Source: Candidatus Zixiibacteriota bacterium (GTDB lineage Bacteria; RBG-13-66-14; B26-G2; WVWN01). Taken from it: DNA of 56,791 nucleotides. The notes beneath the pieces were generated by a model. The model worked only from the letters and a program-made list of their open reading frames with translations. It had not been told where the DNA came from and did not search any database. Made by a program: the position numbers and the translations under genes. The stretch spans positions 2,898-59,688 of the forward strand of contig WVWN01000003.1 of the NCBI GenBank assembly GCA_011773985.1. The letters are read 5' to 3'. Positions 8,055 to 17,880 of the stretch are shown one piece after another. Position 1 is the stretch's first letter. Each line of letters begins with the position of its first letter.

Positions 8055-10244
8055 TTACCTCGTCGCGTCGCGTTGGCTTTTTAGAGCTTTGAGGTATTCC
8101 CGGGGCCGCGGGTCGCCCGGCCTGGCGACGGCCGCGCGCTCGAACGCCGTCCGCGCCTCGTCGTATTGACCCAACGCTGCTTGGCACTGCCCCAACCTCA
8201 GCGTAGCGTCCTCGAAATCCGGGTGTAATCTCAGCGCGCTGGCGAACGCCGCGGCCGCGGCCACGTAGTCGCCGGCGGCCTGGTTCTCCCGGCCCAAATT
8301 GTAATAGTAATCCGCGCGGCGGAAGTCCCGGTAGAAGGCCTTCAGCGCTTCTTCTTTCGGGATGGCGCCGAACCGGCCGGGGTCGTAGAGGGGGTGGTAG
8401 GCGCGGGAGCGGAAGCCGTCGTAGGGCCGCCCGACCTCGAAGACGCGGACGTTGTACGTCTCGAGGACGAGGCGGAACCGGCGCAGCTTCTCCGGGTGGA
8501 ACTGCATGAGGGCCGCGGCCGAATTGGGCCCCGGTTCTCGAGCCGTCGCGTTGTAAAACGAACCCGTGCCGCGCGAGAGGACCTGCGGCGCGAAGTGCAC
8601 CACGTATTTTACGCCCCACCGGCGGCACAGGCGGTAGAACGTCTCCTCGTCCGCGACCGCCGCCTCGGCGTAGGCGAGGGCTTTGCGCCGGACCTCGGGC
8701 ACTTCGAACATCGGGTTTAGCGCGATGGGCCAACCGGCCAGATATAAATAAGGAGGGCTCAAGGAGAAATCGGCCAGCACGGGCCCGGGCGACGGGTGGC
8801 GCGCCATCCACAATAGCAGCTCGACGCGCTCGGAGCCGTAGTACCAGGGGATTTCCGGTTCGTACCCGGTGACCGAGGCCACGACGCCGCGGAACCACTC
8901 CGGGGGTTTTTGGTTAGTACTCGTATAAATATGAAAGCCCCACAACGGAATGAGGACGAGGGCGTAGCAAAGCCGTGCCTTTACGCGCGCGACGCCCGCC
9001 GCAGGGTAAATGCTGAGGAGCGCGACCCACGGCGCGAGGAATATGGTCAGCCTGGATATCAGGAGATATAGGATTATGAAAACCGGTGCGGCCGCGGCGA
9101 CGAATTCGCCCTCCCGCAGCCGCCTTCGCGCGAGGTGGTACCACCACAATATTAAGCCCGCGGCCGCGAGAACGGCCATGGGGCCGTATTCGATAAATAA
9201 CCTCAGTCTGTCGGGCGATTGGTACGGCCCAACCCAGAATAGTCGGGCCTCCGGCGAGAGGGCCGCCGGGCCGGGATATTTCCCCAGATGGACGACCTTT
9301 GCCCAGATCAGCTCGAAAACGTGGCCGTAAGCGGGGGAGCGCCCGAAGGCCAAAGAGGAGGCGACGAGGACGACGGCGGCGCCGGCCACGAGCCACCTCG
9401 CCCTATCCGCTCTTTTTGCCATTTTGGCCAGTGCCCACGCCGCGACCGGGGCCGCCGCCAGCGCCGCGCCCACGTTCCACAACGCTCCTTTAACCCAAAG
9501 GGGTTTGTTGAGTACCGCGGCTGCGGCGAGGCCGACCGCCAACGCGGCGCCCGCGAAGGCCGCCCGGGCCGGGCGCCCGGCGACGCCGTACGCGACGACG
9601 AAGAGCGCGAGGACGGCGACGTAAAATTGGCTCATATGCCAGCAGGAGCCGGCCCACAGCGTCGCCGCCGCGCCGGCCCCGGCGACGAGCCACCGCCTTC
9701 GGCCGTCGTCCGAAGTCAACAAATATAACGTCGCGGCCGTCGCGACGAGTAGGCCGGGCATGGCGAAATCTTCGCGCAGGAAGTTGCTCCAGCCTCGCGA
9801 GTAGGCGCCGAACGTTCCGGCGTAGATGAGCGTCGCGGCCGCGGCGGGCCACGGCCTTCGGTAGACGGCGTAAGCCAACGCCACGAAGGCCACGACGCTC
9901 GCCGCGGAGAGAACATTTATCAGCGCGCGCGTGGCGAGAAAAGTGTCCCCCCGGTGCAATTTGTAAAATAGGGTCGCGGTGCGGTCCGGCACCGTGAGTA
10001 TCATCCGGTCCGCCGGGAAGCCCTCGGGCCAGAGGGCAAGCCGGTCGAGCTTGGGCGGTTCTCGCCCCAACATCCTCATCTCGGCGTAGCGGAAGCGCAT
10101 GCAGGATTCGACGAAGTAGGAAAATTCGCGGGGCGAAAGGCGGTCCATTAGGGCGTAGCGGAACGTCGCTCCGGCGACGGCGGCCAGCACGAGCGCGCCC
10201 CAGGGCGTATAACGGTGAGTGAGGAATGTCCTTATAAGTTTCAA
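8055..10244 (-). CDS. GT-C multi-TM glycosyltransferase, DPY19/STT3-like, with C-terminal TPR
   Basis: Many TM segments; motifs ESCMRFRY, LREDFAMP, WHMSQF, RLTIFLAP, PIALNPMFEVPEVR; TPR-like helices at the C-terminus. Confidence 0.7.
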   Translation of the reverse strand: MKLIRTFLTHRYTPWGALVLAAVAGATFRYALMDRLSPREFSYFVESCMRFRYAEMRMLGREPPKLDRLALWPEGFPADRMILTVPDRTATLFYKLHRGDTFLATRALINVLSAASVVAFVALAYAVYRRPWPAAAATLIYAGTFGAYSRGWSNFLREDFAMPGLLVATAATLYLLTSDDGRRRWLVAGAGAAATLWAGSCWHMSQFYVAVLALFVVAYGVAGRPARAAFAGAALAVGLAAAAVLNKPLWVKGALWNVGAALAAAPVAAWALAKMAKRADRARWLVAGAAVVLVASSLAFGRSPAYGHVFELIWAKVVHLGKYPGPAALSPEARLFWVGPYQSPDRLRLFIEYGPMAVLAAAGLILWWYHLARRRLREGEFVAAAAPVFIILYLLISRLTIFLAPWVALLSIYPAAGVARVKARLCYALVLIPLWGFHIYTSTNQKPPEWFRGVVASVTGYEPEIPWYYGSERVELLLWMARHPSPGPVLADFSLSPPYLYLAGWPIALNPMFEVPEVRRKALAYAEAAVADEETFYRLCRRWGVKYVVHFAPQVLSRGTGSFYNATAREPGPNSAAALMQFHPEKLRRFRLVLETYNVRVFEVGRPYDGFRSRAYHPLYDPGRFGAIPKEEALKAFYRDFRRADYYYNLGRENQAAGDYVAAAAAFASALRLHPDFEDATLRLGQCQAALGQYDEARTAFERAAVARPGDPRPREYLKALKSQRDATR

Positions 10245-10330
10245 TTTTTTCCGAGCGGGTTTTAAGTCGGTGCGCGCGCCTCGCCCATACTATCAAAGCG
10301 AAGCGCGGGGGTCAACGACCTCGGGCAAAA

Positions 10331-11284
10331 GTGAGCTTGACTTGCTCGCGCGGCGCGGCTAATATGGCGCCATGGAGAGAGCGACGGGCGGTTCCGGTAG
10401 GTAAGGCCGCGGTGTCGGGAGAATTTTCAATCCAGACCGAGCTCAAAGTAGCGCGTTCGTTTTTGGCCGACGCCGAAGCTAAGCTCCACGCCAAGGCGGA
10501 CGTTATCTTCGAGCTCGCGCGGCGCCTTTACCGCGACCCGGTGCCGATAACGACGACTTTCGCGTACGGGGAGTTGTTCGGCGTACCGCCGCCCGGGGAA
10601 CGCGAGAAGCCTCCGCTCGACGTCGGCACCAAAAGCGAGTACGGGGAGTGGTTGGAGGAAGCGGCGCTGCCGATATACCGAGACCTCTCCGCGGCGCTCG
10701 AGCGCCTGAGGAAGATATCGCGGCGATACCCCGGCGCGGCGCTCATAGAGGACGGCGAGCCGAAGTATCGCGCCGCGGTTTTACTCGCGTACGGCTGGCT
10801 GTTGTTGGGGGATTATTATTTTTACCGGTGTAACTGGGCGAACGCCGCGAAGATGTATCGGGCCGCGTTCAAGTTGGAGCCCTCGAGCCAGGAGCTCCTC
10901 TACCGGTTGGGTTTAAATTTTATAAACGACGGCGACTTGGGCCGGGCGCAAAATTTCCTCGAGCGCGCAATCGAGCAGGAGCCGAGCTCGCAAGTCGCGG
11001 TCGAAGCCCACAAGCAAATTGAACGTTTGGCCTCTATTGGCGAGGTAGGGAAGGCGTTCCGCGGTTCGCCCGCCGTCCTCAAAACCTTAGTCGGCGTTAC
11101 GATAGGGGCTTTAGTGGTTTGCCTTTCGTGTATCTGTCTCGGCCTGTGGGGTGGTTTGAGACCTTGGGCGGAAGAGCCGGGGTTCCCGTCGGCGGCGACG
11201 GTCATACTTATAGTCCTGGGAGGGGTGATATTCCTGGCGCCCGCGGTCGCGACGGCGATCTATTATTTCGCGAAACGTAGGTAG
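10331..11284 (+). CDS. TPR protein with two C-terminal TM helices (start uncertain)
   Basis: TPR pattern LGDYYF...AAKMYRAAFKLEP...YRLG; hydrophobic C-terminus. Confidence 0.7.
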   Translation: MSLTCSRGAANMAPWRERRAVPVGKAAVSGEFSIQTELKVARSFLADAEAKLHAKADVIFELARRLYRDPVPITTTFAYGELFGVPPPGEREKPPLDVGTKSEYGEWLEEAALPIYRDLSAALERLRKISRRYPGAALIEDGEPKYRAAVLLAYGWLLLGDYYFYRCNWANAAKMYRAAFKLEPSSQELLYRLGLNFINDGDLGRAQNFLERAIEQEPSSQVAVEAHKQIERLASIGEVGKAFRGSPAVLKTLVGVTIGALVVCLSCICLGLWGGLRPWAEEPGFPSAATVILIVLGGVIFLAPAVATAIYYFAKRR

Positions 11285-11340
11285 TACGGTTTTTCGAAGG
11301 TTTCGGCACGATGAAGAACGTTATCAAAGGAGGTTTTAAT

Positions 11341-11706
11341 ATGCCGCGATATATGAGGACGATATTACTAAGTGGTTTAGTTTCGTTAGCGGCGTATGTT
11401 TTCCTTGGTAATATAACCAGCATTCTAAAGTTTTCCTCAGATGGCAAAGTAGCATATATGGTTACGGTCGAGGAAAGCCACCTTCAGAAGCGGTACCGAA
11501 GTCCCGACCCCGCGGGCGAGACTTATATATTTTACAAAGATAGTATAATTGAAGGCCCGTCGCCAAAGAAAGGTTATGCTTTATTCGCGTGTCTCCCAGG
11601 CGACCTTGATACGTCGGGTACGAAGGGGTTAGAATACGTTAAACGTTACGGCGGCAACCTTAAGAAGGGGACCGACGCGCGGATAAAGTACTTTATCACG
11701 CCGTGA
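11341..11706 (+). CDS. Hypothetical protein with N-terminal hydrophobic segment
   Basis: SD AGGAGG before ATG 11341; AT-richer codon usage. Confidence 0.6.
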   Translation: MPRYMRTILLSGLVSLAAYVFLGNITSILKFSSDGKVAYMVTVEESHLQKRYRSPDPAGETYIFYKDSIIEGPSPKKGYALFACLPGDLDTSGTKGLEYVKRYGGNLKKGTDARIKYFITP

Positions 11707-11837
11707 AGATCCGTTTTGTTTACGGCGCGATACATATCCCTTAGAACTTGGCCCGGCGGCCGCGCAAAATAAAACCGGACGAACCGCCGGGTTAGTTTTT
11801 ATCCTCTCACTCGGCGTTACAAGTATAGTAAATTTAT

Positions 11838-12227
11838 TTACGCGGGAGGGCCGTGGCCGCATCCGCACGACGGGTCGGCTTCGGCCAATTCGCCGCGCGC
11901 GAACTTGGCGGCGACGTCGTCCAGGTATTCTTCGGCGGTGAAAACAACCCGCACTCCCGACGAGGCGCACGCGTCGGCCGCCCGCGGCCCCATTCCCCGG
12001 CAAATTAAAACCTCGACGCCGGCCAGCCCCTCGCCGAAGTCGTGGGTTTGGTCCGCGCCGCGCCCCGCGGCTGGGCCGCGGGTGCCGCCGTGGTGGACGT
12101 GGACGTTGGGCCGGTACACGACGAACTCGGCCCCGCGCGCGGCCGCCTCGTAAACGGCGAATTCGGCGGCCCGGCCAAAGTGCGCGGCGAGGCTTTTGCG
12201 GTCGTCGGTGGGCATCGCGATCTTCAT
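11838..12227 (-). CDS. NifB/NifX family (FeMo-cofactor-binding fold) protein
   Basis: MKIAMPTDD...HFGRA..F...LICRGMGPRA; start moved to ATG 12227. Confidence 0.9.
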   Translation of the reverse strand: MKIAMPTDDRKSLAAHFGRAAEFAVYEAAARGAEFVVYRPNVHVHHGGTRGPAAGRGADQTHDFGEGLAGVEVLICRGMGPRAADACASSGVRVVFTAEEYLDDVAAKFARGELAEADPSCGCGHGPPA

Positions 12228-12264
12228 AACGAGCACCCCCGCGTCGTACACCTCGGCCGTTGGG

Positions 12265-12468
12265 TTATTGTTTTTTGGGTTTTTGGCTCGCGCGGCGGCC
12301 CCGGCCGGGACGCCCCGGCGCCGGGCCACATCCCTCCGGCGGGCCGCCCGCGTCCACGCGGTGGAGGAGGCCCCCGCACTCCGGGCACTTCATGTCCCGG
12401 CCCGTGCCCCCGGTACCGTGGGGAACCTCGAACTCGTAGCCGCACGCCGCACATTTGAACTTCCGCAC
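12265..12468 (-). CDS. Small zinc-ribbon protein
   Basis: CAACGYEFEV...CPECG two CxxC pairs; SD GGAGG before GTG. Confidence 0.75.
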   Translation of the reverse strand: MRKFKCAACGYEFEVPHGTGGTGRDMKCPECGGLLHRVDAGGPPEGCGPAPGRPGRGRRASQKPKKQ

Positions 12469-12486
12469 AGTATACCTCCGCGGGCG

Positions 12487-12873
12487 TTAGGTCCGGTACT
12501 CCTTGCGAAACCGACACGTCCTACAAACCTCGCGGCCTCGCCGACAGCAGGCGCGTATCCTCTCCCAACAAGGCCCCGGGCCGCGGCGCGCCGGACACGC
12601 CTTTCGTTCCTCCGCGCTGCACCCGCGGATCTCCCAGCAACCCTCGTAGTTGAGAAGGCGCACGAGCGCGGGAAGGCTGATCTTCGCGCCGTGGACGATA
12701 TCCCTGAGACATCGGAGCCAGGCGAGGTCGGCGGCCGAGTAGTACCGACGGCCGCGCCGCCGAGAAGGTTCGACAAGGCCGGCTTGTTCGTAGAGGCGAA
12801 GCGTGCGCGGGTGAACGCCCAGCGCGTCGGCGGCGACGCCGATGGGTACCGACTCGATCTCTATATTCGCCAT
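12487..12873 (-). CDS. MerR/HspR-like regulator with Cys-rich C-terminus
   Basis: IGVAADALGVHPRTLRLYEQAGLVEP HTH; CWE...C...CP...CWE...CC...CxxC tail. Confidence 0.9.
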   Translation of the reverse strand: MANIEIESVPIGVAADALGVHPRTLRLYEQAGLVEPSRRRGRRYYSAADLAWLRCLRDIVHGAKISLPALVRLLNYEGCWEIRGCSAEERKACPARRGPGPCWERIRACCRRGREVCRTCRFRKEYRT

Positions 12874-12890
12874 TTTCAACACTGGATTTT

Positions 12891-12919
12891 ATATTAAATA
12901 TATAAATTATAATTGTCAA
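12891..12919 (-). promoter_or_regulatory. Sigma70-like promoter TTGACA-17-TAATAT of the MerR operon
   Basis: Consensus -35 and TAnnnT -10 in an AT-rich intergenic region. Confidence 0.6.
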
Positions 12920-13029
12920 GAAAAAAACGCCCGTGCCGCGGACGGGGGCGGCTCGTCCGGTCTTGCCACGTCGGCTGCGTTCCGCAATATGATTTTATTT
13001 ATCGGCGCCGATATGCTAATATTTAACTA

Positions 13030-14754
13030 ATGGCCTCCGCTTACCGAAAGCCGTTGATCGTCCAGTCGGATCGCACGCTATTTCTGGAGGTCGACCACCC
13101 CCTGCACGAGGAGGTCCGCGACCGCCTGTTGCCTTTCGCCGAGCTCGTCAAAAGCCCGGAGCACGTGCACACCTACCGCGTAACGCCGATATCGCTCTGG
13201 AACGCCGCAGCCGCCGGCCTCGGCTCGGACGACATCGTCGGAACGCTGAGGGAGTACAGCCGCTACGATGTCCCCGCCATAATCGAACGGTTGGTTTACG
13301 ACCAGATAAGCCGCTACGGTAAGGTGAAGTTGTTGCGCGACGACGGCGGTTACTACCTGGACGTCGAGGAGGACGTCTTGCTCGCGCAGATCATGAACAA
13401 CCGGAAGGTGGCGGCATATTTCGAGGGCGGCGTCTTCGACGCGAGGAGAGTGCGGCTCAAGGAGTACGCGCGGGGGCACGTAAAGAGCGCGTTGATCCGC
13501 TTCGGCATTCCCGTCGAGGATTTGGCCGGGTACGTCGAAGGCGCTCCCTTGGAAATCACGTTGCGCGGGCGACGCGCCGCCACGGGCGAACCGATCGTCG
13601 TCCGCGATTATCAACGGGCCGCGGCGGAGGCTTTTTACCGGGCGGGCTCCGCCGCGGGCGGTTCGGGCGTGGTCGTGCTGCCTTGCGGCGCGGGGAAAAC
13701 CATCGTCGGCATGGTCGCCATGGCTGAAGTCGGCGTCCAGACGCTCATCCTCGTGACTAACGTTACCGCGGTGCACCAGTGGCGAGAGGAACTTTTGGAT
13801 AAGACGATGCTCGCGGCGGGGGACATCGGCGAGTACACCGGTATGGCCAAGGAAAGGCGGCCGGTTACGGTAGCCACTTATCAGATCCTGGTTTGGCGGC
13901 CCACCAAAAAAGGCCCGTTTCCCCATTTCAAACTTTTCAACGAGCGCGACTGGGGTCTTATCATATACGACGAAGTCCACCTGTTGCCGGCGCCGGTTTT
14001 CCGGATAACGGCGGAGATACAGGCCCGACGCAGGCTCGGCCTGACGGCGACGCTCGTCCGCGAGGACGGAAAAGAGGACGAAGTCTTTTCCCTCATCGGG
14101 CCGAAGCGGTACGATACCCCCTGGAAGGAGCTCGAGCGCAAGAACTGGATCGCGCGGGCGGTGTGCCGGGAACTCCGCGTCGCGATGGTCGCCGAGGACC
14201 GCCTGCGCTACGCCGTCGCCTCCAACCACCGGCGGTTTCGCGTGGCCGCGGAAAACCCGCGGAAGGTCCCCGTCGTAGAACGGTTGCTGGAGCTTCATCG
14301 AGGCCACAGCATTTTGATTATAGGGCACTACTTGAACCAGCTCGACATTATTGCCGAGGCGGTCCGGGCGCCGCTAATAACCGGCAAGACCCCCCAGGGC
14401 GAACGCGACGTGCTATACGAGGAATTCAGGCGGGGCCGGATTCCCGTATTAGTCGTTTCAAAGGTGGCCAACTTCGCGCTCGACCTGCCCGACGCCAACG
14501 TGGCCGTCCAGGTTTCCGGCACCTTCGGCTCGAGGCAGGAGGAGGCCCAGCGTCTGGGTAGGATTTTGCGGCCCAAGTCCGGCGAGAACGTGGCGTATTT
14601 TTATACGCTCGTGTCCCGCGATACGGTGGAACAGGATTACGCGCTGAAACGAGAGCTTTTCTTGACGGAGCAGGGTTACCAGTACGAGATCGCCGACGCC
14701 GACGGCTTCTTCGCCGCGATGCCCCGGGCGGCGGCGGGAGCGCCGCGGCCGTGA
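13030..14754 (+). CDS. XPB/Rad25-type DNA repair helicase
   Basis: PLIVQSD N-domain, LPCGAGKT Walker A, DEVH, GSRQEEAQRLGRILRPK. Confidence 0.95.
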   Translation: MASAYRKPLIVQSDRTLFLEVDHPLHEEVRDRLLPFAELVKSPEHVHTYRVTPISLWNAAAAGLGSDDIVGTLREYSRYDVPAIIERLVYDQISRYGKVKLLRDDGGYYLDVEEDVLLAQIMNNRKVAAYFEGGVFDARRVRLKEYARGHVKSALIRFGIPVEDLAGYVEGAPLEITLRGRRAATGEPIVVRDYQRAAAEAFYRAGSAAGGSGVVVLPCGAGKTIVGMVAMAEVGVQTLILVTNVTAVHQWREELLDKTMLAAGDIGEYTGMAKERRPVTVATYQILVWRPTKKGPFPHFKLFNERDWGLIIYDEVHLLPAPVFRITAEIQARRRLGLTATLVREDGKEDEVFSLIGPKRYDTPWKELERKNWIARAVCRELRVAMVAEDRLRYAVASNHRRFRVAAENPRKVPVVERLLELHRGHSILIIGHYLNQLDIIAEAVRAPLITGKTPQGERDVLYEEFRRGRIPVLVVSKVANFALDLPDANVAVQVSGTFGSRQEEAQRLGRILRPKSGENVAYFYTLVSRDTVEQDYALKRELFLTEQGYQYEIADADGFFAAMPRAAAGAPRP

Positions 14755-15908
14755 CGGCGAGGTGGGCGGCGCACGCGTCCGCGGCGGCGGCGTTGGCTAC
14801 GGCGTTATTCCTTAGCTCGTGCGGCAACGTCTATTACCGCGATTGGTCGCCGAGCTATCGCCAGGAGACGATACATCTGGGCGAAGTCAGCCACGTCGTC
14901 GACGCCCGTTCCGTCGGCCTGGCGGGCGCGGGGCGGGCCTCGGTTTACGGCGCCGAGGCGGCCGTATCCAATCCCGCGGCGTTGGCTTCGCTCCGCGGGG
15001 GGGCGGTGAGCGCGGGGGGCGGTTACCGTTTTTGGGGTTACAATTTGCAGCCGGCCCCGGAAGACGTTCAAGCAGAATCCTTCGTCGGCTCCTTTGCCGG
15101 CTCGTACGCCGCCGGGGCGTGGGCCCTTGCCGCGGAACGGTTCGCGGTAGGAGGCGCCCTCTGGACGCCCCACGACTACACGTACGAAGTCGGGGGAGAG
15201 GGCATGGGCGGGGAGATGAAGAGTCGCGGCGCGTTGCGCGCCGTGGGGCCGGCTATGGCCGTAAGGGCGTGGGGGTTGTCTTTAGGCTTGGGCGCGGACT
15301 TCCTGTGGGGCCGCCAAACGATTACCTCCGACCAGGAGGGGTTCGCTGGTTTCGACGGCCGCGGCAAGGGATACGACGTACGGGCGTCGGCGATGAAGCG
15401 TTTCGACGTCGCTCCCGGCTGGAGATTGTCGGCGGCGGCGTTGGGTAAAAAAGGAGCGGCGGTTGATTTCACGGGCGAGGCGGATTACGACGTCCAGTTT
15501 CCGCCTTCGGCGGGCGCGGCGTTTTCCCTTAAGGCGTACAGCATAAGCGTGCACGTCGACTACCTTTACACGTTTTATAGCGCGATGGATGCGAGCGATG
15601 ACGACGTGGCGCGGGTGATAGATGCCGTCGCGCGGGACGCCGGTTGGGCGTCTTTAGGGGCCGAGTACGTCACCGCGGGGGGCGCGGTGGCGCGGGCCGG
15701 CCTCAGTTACCGCCCCTGGTACATAAGAAATGCCGCGAGCCGGCGCGTCGATTCTTGGAGGTACGCAATCGGCGGCGGGTGGCCGGCGTTAGACCGTCAC
15801 GGCCGGCTCGACGTTGGGTTGGGGTACGGCCGGCGGGGGGAGCTCGCCTCGGACGGTTACTTCGCGGACATTATAGAATTACAGGCGACGTTCAATTATT
15901 TCTGGTAG
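14751..15908 (+). CDS. OmpP1/FadL/PorV-like outer-membrane beta-barrel protein
   Basis: ARSVGLAGA...A...NPAALA plug motif; terminal aromatic (FNYFW); lipobox-like LSSC. Confidence 0.75.
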   Translation: MTARWAAHASAAAALATALFLSSCGNVYYRDWSPSYRQETIHLGEVSHVVDARSVGLAGAGRASVYGAEAAVSNPAALASLRGGAVSAGGGYRFWGYNLQPAPEDVQAESFVGSFAGSYAAGAWALAAERFAVGGALWTPHDYTYEVGGEGMGGEMKSRGALRAVGPAMAVRAWGLSLGLGADFLWGRQTITSDQEGFAGFDGRGKGYDVRASAMKRFDVAPGWRLSAAALGKKGAAVDFTGEADYDVQFPPSAGAAFSLKAYSISVHVDYLYTFYSAMDASDDDVARVIDAVARDAGWASLGAEYVTAGGAVARAGLSYRPWYIRNAASRRVDSWRYAIGGGWPALDRHGRLDVGLGYGRRGELASDGYFADIIELQATFNYFW

Positions 15909-15955
15909 ACGGGTAGCGTTTTCGGTTTGTTTTTCGCGACTATTGACGGCGGAGC

Positions 15956-16624
15956 TTGACGAAGGAAAGACCCATCGTAAGATGCGCGCGCCACGCGGGA
16001 CGGCCCGCCGTGGCGAATTGCGTCGTTTGCGGCGAGCCGGTTTGCGGGGAGTGTGCGCGCGTAGTCGACGGCAATTATTATTGCGCGCGGGACGAGCCTT
16101 CCGCCGGTGCGAAAGACGCGGTGCCTCGGCGCGGGGGCGGCCGCTTGCGCCTTGGCCTTTTGCTCGTCGTCGTCGCCGCGGTCGGGGTTTCCTGGGGCGT
16201 TTTGGCGTTGCTTCGACCCAAGGTGGAGGCGGGCGCGAAGCTATACCGGCGGGCGTTGACGCGCCAGCGGCTAACCGAGATAGCTGAGGCGGCCGCCGCC
16301 TATAAAAGAGACGTGGGCCACTACCCTACTGAAGAGGAGGGCCTTAGGGCGTTGGTGGTCGACCCGGGCGATGGCGCGAAATGGTTTGGACCTTATTTAC
16401 GGGAGTCTTACGTTGACGACGGCGCCGTCGTGGACGTAGCCGGAAGGTCGTTGGGATACCGCGCTTCCGCCGGGGGGTACGTCATAATAGCCGCGGGCGA
16501 AGACGGCGAATTGGGCACGGGGGACGACGTGGAATTATCTTTGGAGGAGGGTTCGCGGCCGCGGCCCGAAGTCCCCGTTCCAGATTTGCGGGGTTTTTTC
16601 GCCTCCGGGGGCGACGTGGGTTGA
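15956..16624 (+). CDS. B-box-type zinc finger + TM + GspG-like pseudopilin domain fusion
   Basis: CARH...CVVC...CGEC...YC; then YKRDVGHYPTEEEGLRALV...WFGPYL...AGEDGELGTGDD. Confidence 0.75.
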   Translation: MTKERPIVRCARHAGRPAVANCVVCGEPVCGECARVVDGNYYCARDEPSAGAKDAVPRRGGGRLRLGLLLVVVAAVGVSWGVLALLRPKVEAGAKLYRRALTRQRLTEIAEAAAAYKRDVGHYPTEEEGLRALVVDPGDGAKWFGPYLRESYVDDGAVVDVAGRSLGYRASAGGYVIIAAGEDGELGTGDDVELSLEEGSRPRPEVPVPDLRGFFASGGDVG

Positions 16625-16641
16625 AATAGGGTAGGGCGGCG

Positions 16642-17880
16642 TTAGTCGAAATCTCCGGGCGCCGGTTCCTTGCCGGCGCTTTTTTCGTCCGGGGCGCGCG
16701 CGGCAAGTCGCGCCGCTGCGGCCTCGAGCGCGCGCGCAACTTCGCGGACGGCCACCCCCGCCCTCGAGGCGAGTTCGGCCGCGCTCTCGTACTCCGCGTG
16801 AGGGAACATTTCGCCCTCGGCGCCGACGGCTAATTTTACTTTGCCCGTGCCGTATTCGCTTTCTACCGTTACGACGCGCCTCTCCAGGATTTTACGGGCG
16901 GCCTCGTAGTAGCGGACGCCGAGGGTGGACGTATAGCGGAGGACGAGGTCGCACAAGCGTTCGCGGTCCTCCAGCCGGCCTATAATTTTTACGGCGTGGC
17001 CCGGGCGGCCCTTCTTCATTACCGCAGGCGTAACGGCGACGTCCAGCGCGCCGGCGCCCAGGAGCGCTTGCGCAGCGAAGGACAGCTCCTCCGGCGTCAT
17101 GTCGTCGACGTTGGCCTCGAGTACGGCCACTTGGCCCTCGAGGCCGGCTTTCGCCTGCGGGAGCGTTTCCCCCAGGAAGGCGCGCAACACGTTCGGGAAT
17201 TCGGGCGGGTCGGCCGTGCCGGGGCCGTAGCCCGCGGCTTCGATCGTCATCGTCGGCATCTGCCCGAACCCGTCGGCGACGGTGGCGATGAGCGCCGCGC
17301 CCGTAGGCGTCGTGAATTCGCCGGAGACGCCGCCGCCGAAAGCCGGAACGCCGCGCAGAAGCTCGAGCGTCGCCGGGGCCGGGACGGGCAACTTGCCGTG
17401 CGCGGTTTCGACGTAACCGGAGCCGAGCCTAAGGGGCGAGGCCACGACACGGTCCGCCTTTACTATTTCCAAAAGGATAAAAGCGCCCACGACGTCGACC
17501 ACGGCGTCCACCGCGCCGAGCTCGTGGAAGGTCGTACGGCCGACGGCGGCCCGGTGGGCCCGTCGCTCCGCCTCCGCCAACTTCCGGAAGGTTCGGCCGG
17601 CTCTTTCCTTGACGTACGGCGATAACGGCGCACGGGCGAGCAGAACTTCCACCGCGCTCACGTCGTCGAAGTGCGGCGCTTCCGCGGACACGATTACTTC
17701 TACGCCGACCGCTTCTACGCCGCCCCGCAGACGGGGTGGGTAAGCCAATTGGACGCCGGGGAGCTTTAGCCGCGCCAGGCCCTCCTCGAGCCTTTTACGG
17801 CCGTCCGTCAAGTCGAGGAAGGCAGAGAGCAACGTATCGCCGCTCGCGCCGGCGTTTCCGTCAAGGTACAGGAGCTTCAT
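16642..17880 (-). CDS. larC: Nickel-pincer cofactor biosynthesis protein LarC
   Basis: Start at MKLLYLDGNAGASGD; FHELGAVDAVVD, AHGKLPVPAPAT, TPTGAA, EANVDD, MKKGRPG. Confidence 0.95.
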   Translation of the reverse strand: MKLLYLDGNAGASGDTLLSAFLDLTDGRKRLEEGLARLKLPGVQLAYPPRLRGGVEAVGVEVIVSAEAPHFDDVSAVEVLLARAPLSPYVKERAGRTFRKLAEAERRAHRAAVGRTTFHELGAVDAVVDVVGAFILLEIVKADRVVASPLRLGSGYVETAHGKLPVPAPATLELLRGVPAFGGGVSGEFTTPTGAALIATVADGFGQMPTMTIEAAGYGPGTADPPEFPNVLRAFLGETLPQAKAGLEGQVAVLEANVDDMTPEELSFAAQALLGAGALDVAVTPAVMKKGRPGHAVKIIGRLEDRERLCDLVLRYTSTLGVRYYEAARKILERRVVTVESEYGTGKVKLAVGAEGEMFPHAEYESAAELASRAGVAVREVARALEAAAARLAARAPDEKSAGKEPAPGDFD

